Origin: Amoebophrya sp. A120
Taxonomy: Eukaryota > Protista > Dinoflagellata
Reading direction: 5' to 3'
Length of the DNA stretch: 64,000 nt
Assembly (NCBI GenBank): GCA_905178155.1
Contig: CAJINV010000001.1
Span: 9,011,865-9,075,864 of the forward strand
Part shown: piece after piece, positions 12,301 through 23,797 of the stretch
Position numbering within the stretch: position 1 is the first letter of the stretch
How the letters are laid out: the number at the start of each line of letters is the position of its first letter
Position numbers and translations under genes: made by a program
Notes under the pieces: model-generated
Seen by the model: the letters and a program-made list of their open reading frames with translations, nothing else
The model's database searches: none
What the model was told of the DNA's origin: nothing

Positions 12301-15300
12301 CCCCCGCGCCACGGAGCCCCCTCCTCGCGGCCGTCCGCGGGCTGCGGATGCGCCACGCTGCTGCTGCGGACGCGAAGCGGCCGCGGGTGCTGGTCTAGTG
12401 GTCTCCGTCTCCCCCCGCTCTACTTGCTGCTGACCACTGGGTGCAGCTGCTCGTAGGGGTCCTCGTCCTTGGACTACTGCACCAGAGCAACTAGCAGATG
12501 CTGTGGCCGCGACGACAGTACCACCTCCTGCTGCACCAGCACCGCTGTTTCCGCCTCCACCGTTGCGGGGTCGAGATTGTCCCCGCCCGCCCCGGACGGG
12601 TGCAACTTTCATGGCGGTTTTCACGTTTTTCGAGCCCTTCGGACGACCGGGACCCCGTTTCATCGGCACGACTGGGTGGACTACAGGTTCCTCCTCCTTT
12701 GGTGGGACCCATTCCGGGTCAGAATCCTCTTCTTCACTTGTGGAGGACGCGTTTGGCGACGAGGGTGCCGCCATGTTATGGTTCGCAGGATTTTGATTTT
12801 CGGGTCGTTTTGGAAGAGGATTATTTTCCACTACATCCTCCATGACAGCGTCCTCCGCGTCTTGCATCACGACGTCGGTGTCCACCGTAGCCCCGGAACC
12901 CGCCCGCCCCGGAGGTCGAAATATTACCGTCGGACCTCCGACAACATGCTCGCCCCTGCTGCTTGTCGCGGGCGCCCAGGATGAACTGCTTGCGCCTACG
13001 TGGCTCATCGCTTGCTGGTTGGCAGAGCCTGAGGGAGGTTCTTGTCCACCTCTTCGACTACCCTGCTGTAATAGCTGGAGCTTGGTCTCGTTGTCGGTGC
13101 GGTTTTCCACGCGTTGCGTTTTCGGTTTGTCCCGGTCCTCGCGATGTTGTTCTGGGAGGGCGAACTGGTGGTCAACCGCGTCCTCAATTGGCAGAAGCTT
13201 GTCTGCGTAGAGTTCGTGAACCCGATCCAACAGCAAGTTGCCGTCCTCGTCATATGGGGTTTCTGACCGCGGACTCCAATTCTCAAAAGCCGGGATCACC
13301 ACGCCGCGGTACCGAATGTTACCTTACAGGGATAAAGATAAACGACGTGGGAATATGAAGATGAATGAGACAGGAAGATGATACGGCAAAGACAGAGACG
13401 AGCAAGTATGTAAACAAAAACATTTTGCGACAGTCACGTGCCCAGATGAAAGCCGACCACAACGCAACTACTTTCGTACCTCCCGGCATGAGGCTAGCCC
13501 CAGGCGGCAATCTGCCTCCGTCGTCGTCATCCTGAAAATCTTCCCGGATGTCAGTAGCCCGTGCCTGCGAAGCTGCCCGCGCTCGAGTGTTGTACACCTT
13601 CTTTCCAACGACCTTCTGTTCGTGTTCGTCCCTCTCCTGCATGATCTGCTGCTGCTCTCGTGCACGAGATCTCGACCGAGCGTTTCCCGCTTTTCCTTTC
13701 GGAGGTACCTCCATCTTTCTTGGCTCTTCTCTTTCGACGTGCCCTTGCTGCTCTTGCCCCCGTTCCCGAGCCAGAGACTCTTCCATCTCGCGTGCAACAG
13801 ACCGGGTGACGTAAACTTTGTTCAGGGGTCCCCGCCCTTGAGCGCCCGTCGAAGAGGAGCCGCGAGGTGCAGAACAATTTCTAGCAGTACTTCTCGCTTG
13901 AGGACGCTGACGACCTCTCTGCTCCTCGGGTAGAGGCAACGGAGCTGCGGCCGGGGGCACGAGAGAAACTGCGGGACGCTTGTCGTGCGCGCGTTTCTCC
14001 GCAGCGTGGCCCGCGCTGTCTTTTCTGCGCTTTGTTTCAGGTACTTGTGCTGACTCTTCCGAAGATTCGGAATCGTCCTCACCGAGAGGTAGGGGAACTT
14101 TCTGGTACGGATTAAACAACGAGTTTGGCTGCACTTTCGTGTCTTTTTGCCGCAACGCTAGCGGCAATTTGGACGAAGATGAAGACAATTCGGGATGCGA
14201 CTGCAGCATCTTCTCGGAGGGTCCAAACTGCAAACTTCTCTTATTTGAGTTCGCGTCTAGCATGGGCTTTTCTGGCAGACGCGTCTGGTGTTGCGGTCCA
14301 AGAAGTGCTACCACGCCGGCGCTGGAGGTAGAGGACGACGCCGCGTGAGCCACCGCGATCCCGGACGGCAAGTCCGAAAACAAAAGACCAGACTGCGGAG
14401 GTACTGATGGCACTACGACCCCCGGAATTGCCTGTGCAGTGGGCGGAACATGAGATGCAGAAGTTGGTGGTGCGAACGCGAAGGGTAGGTGCGAAAAACC
14501 CGACCTGCTGGAGAATGCGGTGGATGACGACGAGCTTTGCCCTGGAACAGGCAGGCCGGGCATCAACATTGCGTTCCTCCAAGACGAAGCCGACTGTCCG
14601 GGGCCAGACAGGAGCGGGGGTCCGCCGGGCAATACAGAGGCAGTTTGTCTTCCTCCTGGTGTACTGAGGACAGAGGACGTTTTCACCGGCGCCACCTCAA
14701 AATCCAGCGAGCCCGCAGAGGTTATTCCCAGGCGTGACCCCTGCCGCTGGTCTTGTCCAGGCTGCGCCGGGTCCAACGCCTCGGCGCTGCTCCGTGGCTG
14801 ATTGCAAACAAGTCCCTCTTGGCGTTTCTTCTCGTCCCTGCGCCGCCGCCGCTCTTCCCGGTCGTCATGGGGGATTATAGGCGCCTGACTGGCCCCTGCG
14901 CTCGAGATCGTTCCCCGGGGCGTCATACTGCTAAATTGGTTCAACATCTGGTGCTCGAACCTTTCAACCTGGATCGCCAGTTCAGCTTTTGCAGGTGTAT
15001 GGCTGGGTGCTATGGCATTCTGTAAAGATTGGTGTGTTGAAGTAGTCGCTGTGTAGTCTTGTACTATCGCTGGTTCTACTGTATCTTGTGGTTTCCGAGA
15101 GGCGCCGACAGAGTGAGACACCAGGTCCTCCTTTTTCTCCTCAACAAACACGATCGATTTTTTCCCCAGTTGTACTTCTTCGCTTGTTACTTTGTTCCCG
15201 TCGTTTGTCTTCACTCTACTGCTTTCCTCTTGCACATTTCTTCGCTTGCTGTGATGTTCTACACGCTGTTCTATCTCAGCCCGAATCTGAGCAACCTTTC

Positions 15301-18053
15301 CTGAGGTCAAGCTCGTGTTGTTGTTCTTCTGAACAGGAGGAGCACCAGCGATAGGTCGTTCTTCTCTGGTCAACATGTGCGGATTATCTTGCCGAGCTGG
15401 AGTGGGGATGTGGCCGTGAATATTTTTCTGTTCTTTTGTCATTTGCCCTGCCACGTCAACCACCGCAGTCTCTTTCCCTCGAGGAATCTTCGCTGGATCT
15501 TGCGAGGAACCAGGTTGCCGCCGACCGGCTTCCACGTCCGCAGAACCCCTGCTGATCGGCTGCGACGGTCCCCCCAGCCGAATCCTTCGAGCAGTGTTTG
15601 GGTGCACCGCACTGAGATGCGGATTCTTCCCCAGGCTGTCAACACGTTGTTCAGCGCGCCGCGCATTCTTTGCTCCTGCTTGTTCCTCGTGAGATGCATT
15701 GCGAGAAACAGCCGGGAAAAACCAAGCCTGGGTTGTCGCAGGACCATTTTGCCGTGGCAGCGGTACTTGTCGCTGGTCTCTTCCGGTTGCAACCGCGGCT
15801 GGTGGAGATATCATGCGATTTTGGTGGCGCACCTCGGGACTTAATGGCAACAGTGTCTCTTTCACCACCTCCTGGGGCCCCGACAGAGTAGTTGTGCCCT
15901 GTTGTGTTACCGCCGGCGAGATGACCTGGTGGCCCTGAAGCCCGACCTGCCGCTGCTCTTGGTGGGAACGGGTTACCATACTTTTCGGGTAATAATTGGT
16001 TTTTTTGATGTTCAGCTCGTTGTTTGTACTCGTAGCAATTGCAGGTGAAAGGTTCAAATCTTCGCCGGCTCCGCTCTGTTCTTCATCATCGTCTGCGTCA
16101 ATATTTTTCGCGGATGCACAAATTTCTCGGTTATCCGGACAGTACTCTTTCTTGGCCGGCGCCACGATCTTCTTCGGGCGCCCCGGTCCACGCTTTGTCA
16201 ACGGTGCGTGCTTCGGCATCGCAGCTTTCTTCGGCCTCTTGGGCCCACGACGCACTGGGGACACAGATTCAGCTTCGGAGGACGAAGGAGAGACTACTGA
16301 CGACGTTTCCGATAAACTGGATGTCTCTATGACAGGCAGCTCGTCTACTGCTTGTCCCTGCCCGCGGACGGTTCGTTCCAGGTTCATCGAGTTCCCACCT
16401 TTCCCGCCATCCACCGGACCGGGCCTATTAACACTGGCTGATGCTGCAGCCGGGTCTGCATTCCCGACTCCATCTGCCTCGAACAGCTGGCGACGATTAT
16501 CCCGCGACTCTTGCGGCACAGAATTTTTGTTCAGTCCCGCTTTCCCTACTTCTTTTCCAGGAGGGAATTGTGGCCCCTTTGCGCCAGGATTCATCTTCGC
16601 TGCAATGGCGGAAGCCGCTGCTGCTTGCCGGGCCGCGACAATGGAACTTTTCTTTCCACCTCCTTTCGCATCACTCGTGCAGGCGCTTGCCCCGCCCAAC
16701 AAGTTTCTACTAACCAAGTTTCCTTTGCCAGTACCCTTGCTGCCGGTAACAACCAAAGAGACTTCACCTCCTGGCGTCGATCCTTGTCTCAACTCCGCGG
16801 GCTTCGCAGAAGCGATTGCGATTGGGTCGCTCATCCCTGCCGCGGCTAGTCCAGGTGTTTCTAGATTAGCCGCGCTAGTAGTCGTGACCTTGCTGCTAAC
16901 GTCGGAGGTCTTTGGTTGCTCACGTAGCATGGCCGCCCCTTCGCGGTTACACAAGACTGGGATCCTCATACTTTGCCGTGTCGCGACATTCATCACAGAC
17001 TTTTGCTCATTTCCTTTTCCTCGCTCGGACATTTGAAGTCCTGGTCCACCTGTGTCGTGCAGGACTGGTGCCACGAGCTGAGAACAAGCGGGTTTCCGCT
17101 GACTAGGTTCCTCCAGCTCTGGAGCAGCACCCTGCAGATCACCTTCAGTACCTACTCCTACGATATCATCCGCTGCATCCTCCACCGAATGATCACGCTG
17201 CGGCTCGTCGGAGTGCAAACCCAGCATCGCGTTCTGCCCGACGGCCCCTTCGTGGTTCGTCGCACTGGTAGCACCGTTTTTTACACGAACAACGCTGGCT
17301 TGATTTGCTGTAGGTGGTGCCCCCGCTGCAAGAGGTGGTTTCGCAGCAGAACTCTCTGCAAGATCTTGCGGAATACTTCTTCTACGGCTGGCTAGGGAAG
17401 AACTCTCTGCTGTATTCGGCGGTTGAAGTACAGGTGCTCGCGCCTTCACGGAATTTTCCGCTGAGGCTGTTTCTGGTTTATTCTCTAGCGGCTTGTCGTC
17501 TTCGCGAGGAGAGGGACGGCCTGGAGTACGTCCGTGATTTACCGACTCCCCGCGTGCCGCAGCGCGATCTTCCCGCCCCGGCACAACCGACGGACATAAA
17601 CCTCGCCGGGTACCGGACCTGCCTGCGACGACTGCTGATGCATCCGGGACCGAAGGAGCCGGTTTGCGAATCGTGAGCGAACCAGGATTGGGTGGCCGAA
17701 CCGAGCCGGAACAAGCACCTGTGAACGCGGAAAGTTGTCCCGCGGAGGTGCTGGCGGTTGCGACGACAAGCGGTTTTGGCTGCTGCACAACTTGCGATGC
17801 AGCGACTGTTTTTGGAGCAGCTGAATATCAAAGGAGCAAGTGAATCACTTTCAAAAGAATCATAGGGCCGAAAAAAAAAAGAATTCGGAGCGCCCCCAAC
17901 TGCCGTAGCGCCTGCAGCTTTTTCCCCCGCGCCAGACACAGCTGGTCGGTAGATTGCAGTGGGCGAATGCTTGAGAAGGCTGCGACCGAAAGCCCCAGGC
18001 GTCGCATTTTGGTAAGGAGAAGACTGCGAGACGTAGTGCGCAGAAGATGCCAT
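9373..18053 (-). CDS. Very large low-complexity protein with two AT-hook motifs and a C-terminal ankyrin-like region
   Basis: ORFs 13319-17788, 11746-13302, 11338-11589, 10827-11219 and 9373-10650 join in frame via GT-AG introns 13323-13479 and 11222-11354 and removal of the introners at 11530 and 10728. AT-hooks KRGPGRPKK and KRGPGRPKG. Ankyrin-like GMTPLAAVL...LDRGADV and SVLEYTCIRG. The 5' start is uncertain (17788-18114). Confidence 0.65.
10728..10943. mobile_element. Introner/MITE, family C (TIR TATCGCA(A)GGAAAAAAA), 5-bp direct repeat CAGAA
   Basis: Left end TATCGCAGGAAAAAAACTGTGTAAGT versus right-end reverse complement TATCGCAAGGAAAAAAAGTGTGTAAGT. CAGAA at 10723-10727 and 10944-10948. 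Removal gives YSVL/EYTCIRG in frame. Confidence 0.85.
11530..11791. mobile_element. Introner/MITE, family A, 5-bp direct repeat CAGAC
   Basis: TATCAAATGTAAAAATGTCTGGGTCTGGAA...TTCCAGACCCAGACATTTTTGCAATCCATA. CAGAC at 11525-11529 and 11792-11796. Removal gives QLQRV/CKLCKK. Confidence 0.92.
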
Positions 18054-18182
18054 AGAAGATACCCCAAGACCAGCCCCAAAGCATCATACCGTGGTGCATA
18101 ATGCTACCCCGCATGGTGCTACTGGCGCACTATACTTACTCTTGCCCTACTCTACTGTTACCAAGTGGCGGAAGTGGAACAG

Positions 18183-18517
18183 TGGAGGTGTAATCACTTG
18201 AGATGCTCAGCCTGTTTCAGACAAAAAAAAAGCCAAACCCACTTGATATCTGCTTGGGTGATTTGACGCGAAAAAGACGTGTTTCGGGCATCAATTTGAT
18301 GCCAAAAGTCGCGACTTTTTGCAGGGGTGATTCAAGCAGATACTAAGCGGGAGGAGTCAAATGAATCATAGGGCTAATTGATAGCTACAAAACGCAAGGT
18401 GATTACACCTCTTTTTTTGCTTCGAAAAAGATGGATTTTTGGCAAAAATTGAACTTTTTTCAGAAAATGCGACACCCTCGGGACGCTACGCCCGACGGTA
18501 TGGAGGTGTAATCACTT
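18183..18517. repeat. Three copies of GAGGTGTAATCAC (two direct 17-mers, one inverted 13-mer)
   Basis: TGGAGGTGTAATCACTT at 18183-18199 and 18501-18517; GTGATTACACCTC at 18399-18411. Confidence 0.8.
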
Positions 18518-18765
18518 CAGTTTTGTGGCGTCGCTTTTCCTATCTTTAGCAATGGGCTTTTGCTTGGTATTTTGGGTTGCGAATGCTTCCCCCGAGTTGT
18601 TTGCAAGCTATTCAGGCACGATGGCCCCCGCGTCCACTCATGGCCATTGCGTTCGGCCCCCGTAGCCACCAACCAAATAGTGCAAACCTTATCGAGAAAG
18701 GCGCGACTTTCCTGAGAAGCGTCGCTGTGTCTCAGGTTACTTGGTTGTATATGTTGGGCGCTACC

Positions 18766-19992
18766 TTATGCGTGCGAGCCTGGCCATGCACTGCGGTACT
18801 TGGAAGCATTTTTTTTCCCGTATGGTGATTCATTTGTAATGTGATTCATTTGCCCCTGTGATACTGAAGAAAAGGTGGGTAATAAAGCTGGCTCACCTGC
18901 TGCCGGTGAGACGTCGTTTGTCAAGGCCTCCCGTGCGGCCAGTCGCGCGGACTCGACAATAATCTGGGCGGACTGATCCAGAACATGGTTCCTCCGACGG
19001 GACATAGATTTTTTACTGCGGGATGCATTTCTTCTTGCTTGTTGCATTTTCACGCTATCTGTCTGTCGCTGGCAACTTCTTCCTGCTTGCGCCAGCGACG
19101 CCGCTTGTTCACTGTGTATGAAGATTCTGGCTGCTGGCACTGGCGGTGCGGTGATACGCGGAGCTTCACGCGAAGCTGCGGCTGTTGGAGCAGCATCTGA
19201 TGAACGACCCACGGGTTGTTCAGGTGGCGCGATTTTTCGTTCGTGTACATTCTTCTTCTCCGGCACTTCGCGCGGGCCAAAAACTAGTTCATCTCTTCCG
19301 GGTGCAGATACCGCCCGTGTGCCGGGTTGAGGACCCGGCTGTAGTCCTGGCGCTGCAGCGGGCGCCGCTGGGGCAGCTCGCTGCTTACTTGACTTGGATC
19401 TAGTACTTTTTGACTTACTTCTTCGCGATCCGTATGGATTGGAAAGCTCATCGAAAATCCTCCGAGATTCCGCACGTGCGGCTGCATCCTTCGCGGCAGC
19501 AGCAGCAGCGGCAGAACCACCAGCTCCTTTACCTTTCGCCGTCCCGCCTTGCAGCGCTCCCCTCGCAATTGACCCAGATCCAGCCCGGCCGCGGTTCTGC
19601 GATAGTACCAGTCGTCCTACTTGGCTTAAAACGGGAGCCCCGAGGAACGGGGGAACGACCGCACTTGAAGATGATGCGCCATTTGGGAAAGACGACTGGT
19701 TTCTTGCGCTGTTCGGTCCTTGGTACAAATGCGCAAAGGGTGGCGCCGACGCTCCTGGTTGTGCTACTCCTCCAGGAGGCAGAGGAAATCCGCCGGTCGC
19801 TCGGCGACGAGACGCTGAGCGCGCCCGCTCTTGTTCCAACGCTTCGTTCTCGTACTTTGCTAGTAGTGCCGTCGTGCTGCGCAAGTTCCTCCTGTCTACT
19901 CCATAGCGGTCGTTCAGCTGATGGGCCGGGGTCGGATATCTGTTTCGAGAGGCAGACCGCCCGTTCCTGGAAGTAGAGCTGTTCCTGCTCAT
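18766..19992 (-). CDS. Hypothetical basic low-complexity protein
   Basis: 408-aa ATG-initiated ORF rich in R/S/A/P, with no recognised domain. Confidence 0.6.
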   Translation of the reverse strand: MSRNSSTSRNGRSASRNRYPTPAHQLNDRYGVDRRNLRSTTALLAKYENEALEQERARSASRRRATGGFPLPPGGVAQPGASAPPFAHLYQGPNSARNQSSFPNGASSSSAVVPPFLGAPVLSQVGRLVLSQNRGRAGSGSIARGALQGGTAKGKGAGGSAAAAAAAKDAAARAESRRIFDELSNPYGSRRSKSKSTRSKSSKQRAAPAAPAAAPGLQPGPQPGTRAVSAPGRDELVFGPREVPEKKNVHERKIAPPEQPVGRSSDAAPTAAASREAPRITAPPVPAARIFIHSEQAASLAQAGRSCQRQTDSVKMQQARRNASRSKKSMSRRRNHVLDQSAQIIVESARLAAREALTNDVSPAAGEPALLPTFSSVSQGQMNHITNESPYGKKNASKYRSAWPGSHA

Positions 19993-20691
19993 CGTCGCTC
20001 CTTGTTAAGTACCCTAGACTGAAGAGCTAGTGATGGTTGCCGTTGCGGTTTCTCTTCGAGGAAGAAGATTCCGGCTATTCATTGCGATTTTGTTCGAGAA
20101 AAGAAGTTGCTGTGGTGGGTCCTCCCGTCGCCTGTTGGAGTCCGGTGAAGATTGAAAAGGCCAAATTGATCCCTGCTGATGGTGTGTTGAAAATCTTTTA
20201 TTTTGTTCTCTCAAGGGTTTATCTTTATACTTTATTGTTATAAGTGAGTCTTCAGTTGAAAAAGTATACGTGATTTTCCTACCCGTTTATCTTATTTTCA
20301 CAGTAAAAATTCTTTCAAATCCATCAATCTAAAGTACTATCTTAGCAGAAACCTCCGACTCAGAAAGCTGCCTGAGATTGAAAACAAGCACCAAACTTCG
20401 GAAATAACGTTCCATACTGAACCAAAGTGGATCAGAGTAGCAGTAGGGATAGAACAGCACTTGGACTTGCAGGTGTGCGTGCGGTATTTGTAAAATATAT
20501 CCTCAGTCGTGTGCTAATTTAAATTCTTAGAGCTTGAGTTTAAGAACATCTCCCTTCTACATAGCAAGACTAGAACTCGTTTTCCGGCGTCGAAGTAGAA
20601 CTCAACTTGGATAGCAGTAAGTACACTAGAACTAATATCGTCTTTGTTTGTTTCTTCCCACAGCATGGCTGTGAATCAAATCCGGCACAGT

Positions 20692-22329
20692 CTACCAGAC
20701 AAACGTGAACAAGAGAGAAGGCCCTACACTCCCCAGGTCTACTGAACTGAAAGTTCTAAAGAGTAACACCAGACAATACGCAACACAAGATTGTTGGTCG
20801 TTCGGAACACCTGTGAATGCAGCAAGCCTTTCTTTTGCGCCCCCTTTTCCGACCTGTTGCAAGCAGGTGCATGCATCTTTAGAATCAGAATCCAGTGCAA
20901 AATGATCCAAATGAAAATATTCGTCTTCGATATTAGAACAAGTGCAAAACAAAACAAATCCGTCGGTGTGCTAGCAGGTAGTGAAACATGCAGCATGAAA
21001 CGAACCGCGCGGGTCAAAACATAACAAACCGCTTATGATAGTATGAAAGTGCATTTTACACAGAAGAAAATGTCGGGCTCCCTTGTTGTGTTGCTCTTAA
21101 TATCCTCATTCTGTTCTTTTCTCTTCGCTGTTCATCAGTACCCCCTCCTCCTTTTCTTTGCACAGATGAAACAGAACATGTGTAAATTCTACATTGTGCG
21201 CAAGACCGGTACGCACACCTGGCACACCCGGCGGATCGCGTCCGTTGCGTAGACGTCCACGCGCGAACGAGTTTTCCCACCATGTCCCTTCCCGGCCCGC
21301 AAGGTAGTTGTAGCTGTATTTGCATTTGCGAAACTTCGCGCGCAGGTCGACATAAGCTTGAGCTCGTAGTAGTCCGCGACTTTCTGGTAGGAAAAGTCGT
21401 CGCAGACGTTCGCCAGAAAATGGCCGACGGTCTGTAGATGCTCCCGGATTTCCGCGGCGGGCACGAAGACCCCGCGCTCCTCCTCCAGCTGCAGAGCCGG
21501 CGCGAGCTGCTCCTCCAAGAAGGCAAGCAGTGAGACACCGTGCTTGTCAAGGAAGTGACGCAGTTCGGCCGGCTGCCGATCCGGAACGTCAGCATAATGA
21601 TCCACCGACGTTCTTGTTTCACACACATTTTTATTATCGCCGCTAATCCTACTTCTAGGAATCACGTTCCCCGCTGCGATGGGACAACGCCAGACCAGGT
21701 AGTATTCGTCGTCGCTTTCATCTTCGACTGAAGTGACAGTACTATTGCGGCGACTGTCGCGCAGTTGTATGCTAGTCCTCCTACTCCTCCTTCTATTGCG
21801 CGATAAAGTCTGCACGGAAGCGACCTCCCCCTCCTCGCAGTCGACAAAATGGTCTTCGTCGAAAACACAGGAAGATCTTGTGGTCCTCCCGAGAGGCGGT
21901 GCTGCGACCTGGACATGATCGTCTTCGTCCTGCACTATGACGCTCAACAAACTGTTTCTGGCAATAGCGCTGCTTGCAGTACTCATTTTTCTGCTGGATG
22001 AACTTCCTGCACTTAGTTTTGGGGCCAGTTCGACGTGATTGTTTGTGTTGGATGCCACTTCACTGTCGCCGCGCGGTGATGGTGCTGTTGAGAGTAAACT
22101 GCTAGACGTGTAGTTCTCCTGCTCATAGTTGCTTGCGTCGGCTGGAAAAAGGTGGTAGAACTTCGGGGGGTATTGCTGTCGCAGTCTCGGGTCAAGGCGC
22201 GATGCCTCCGGCAGGGCAGCAACTGCGAGGTTGCGCAGTTGCAGCCGCGTCTGGCAGCTCTTGTCGGCGATGGTGACGTTACTCCCATCCAGAAACCGCA
22301 CCACGCGCCGCGTGCTATGGGGCAGCATG
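20692..22329 (-). CDS. Hypothetical protein (probably two exons)
   Basis: Long ORF 21189-22388 with likely ATG at 22329. A plausible CAG|GT donor near 21218 could join a TAG| acceptor near 20971 into ORF 20692-20952. The 3' structure is uncertain. Confidence 0.5.
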
Positions 22330-22999
22330 ATAATAGTTCTTGTGTTTGAAGGGCTATAAAACTCTTTTGCTCTTCGTGCCCGTGTCAATTCTTGCTTGCA
22401 TGAATATCAAGGCAATTTTCTAAAAAACACTTTCTACATCTTCTATCCTTTCCTCTAGCATCTCCATGCCTCACCGGCGAGACATCATGCGCACCACCGA
22501 AGAAGTGGTGTTTCTGACGTCGCCTCACTGAATCGGTATTGATGATGAATGTACATTATTTTGACGTTCTCCGTCATGCCCCGCGAAGCGGCAAATTGCA
22601 GTTACGAGAAAGGATCGACAACAGTAGTGCTCTTGATGCAGACAAGTCCTCGTCCTTTGCAACGAATTTCAGGAACCAACTTGGATCTTTGGAGCAGCAT
22701 CTGGCACATCAACTACGAATACCTGGTGAATGGAACAGTTTAATACAACAGGAACGCCGATTCATCAATTTGAATTTGCTGTCGATCTTATCCGTGTTTT
22801 ATTCCATTAAGTTCTTTATTTTTGTCTTGGCACTGCGTTGTAAGTACGCGCAGAGTCTGAGTCAGGCTTATTCAGGAGCGCAAATTCATTCGTGAGTAGC
22901 AAGAAATCACTGTTGCTGTATTCTCGATCGAAGCAGTGCTGCGGCGGTCACGGGTTGCAGAGGAGCATACTTTCCAGCGGCGATGGAGGAGCGGCAAGG

Positions 23000-23399
23000 T
23001 CATATGTAGACGCCGAAATTCATCAGGAGGAAAATCTGAATTTTTACAACGATCTAGATCTTTTCCGATTTTCATCCGAAAAAAAGTATAAACTATTTCC
23101 GGTTCTTTGAAATGCCGAAACCATTTTCAAACTCCATGTTCATGATGACTGAAAAAGTTTCAAGTTTTCTCTTATACGAATCCGACGCCCAGAAAGCCCG
23201 ATGCGACGGCGGATATTCCGATCTGTTTTTTCAGGTTGTACTCCATCTTGCTCGCGGTCACTTCGTGCAACATAAAGAACGCGAGGAGTATAAAACCCGT
23301 GCACAACGTCACCACCGCCACCTCCCCGTAGATTTTCGGACTCACCGGGCTCTCGTGCTTGACCAGTCGGTCCGGGTCGAAGTTATCGGACACTGGCAT
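23000..23399 (-). CDS. OST5: Oligosaccharyltransferase subunit OST5/TMEM258
   Basis: KHESPVSPKIYGEVAVVTLCTGFILLAFFMLHEVT...ISAVASGFLGVGF, then GT-AG intron 23036-23177, then IFLLMNFGVYI*. This matches the TMEM258 pattern (SPV.P, two TMs, C-terminal G.Y.). Confidence 0.88.
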
Positions 23400-23797
23400 A
23401 ATTGCGCGGACAAAATTGAGTTCAGGAAAAAACTGCGAAGTTCGTGAAAATTCTTGAAAGGTCTGACGTCATCAACATCTTGTGCTTGTAGACGAAAAGT
23501 GAGCGTAGAACGCAGGCGGAACAAACTGAGGGACGACAGACCCAAAACCATAGTGATCGACATATAACGGGTGCCTTTCAAACACAATCTGATCAGGAGC
23601 TCGTCCACCAAACAAGAAATGAACGCGATCTTTTCCATGGACTTCTGAACACATGCATCTACAAAATACCATTTGCTGAGAAACCATGTTCTTGGCCATG
23701 TTCGCTCTTTTGTGAATCACAGTCTGCGCTTTTTACATCAACTTTAATAACGGGAAAATAGCTTGAAATGCAGTCCAAAGTTGTTCGCAGTTCTCAT

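Noticed and set aside
13306-13481. GGTAC repeat pair as a non-canonical splice junction
   Set aside because: It would cause a frameshift and stop, whereas the GT-AG intron 13323-13479 keeps the frame.
22539-22895. 118-aa plus-strand ORF between genes
   Set aside because: No recognisable motif, opposite to all neighbouring genes, and intergenic-like composition.
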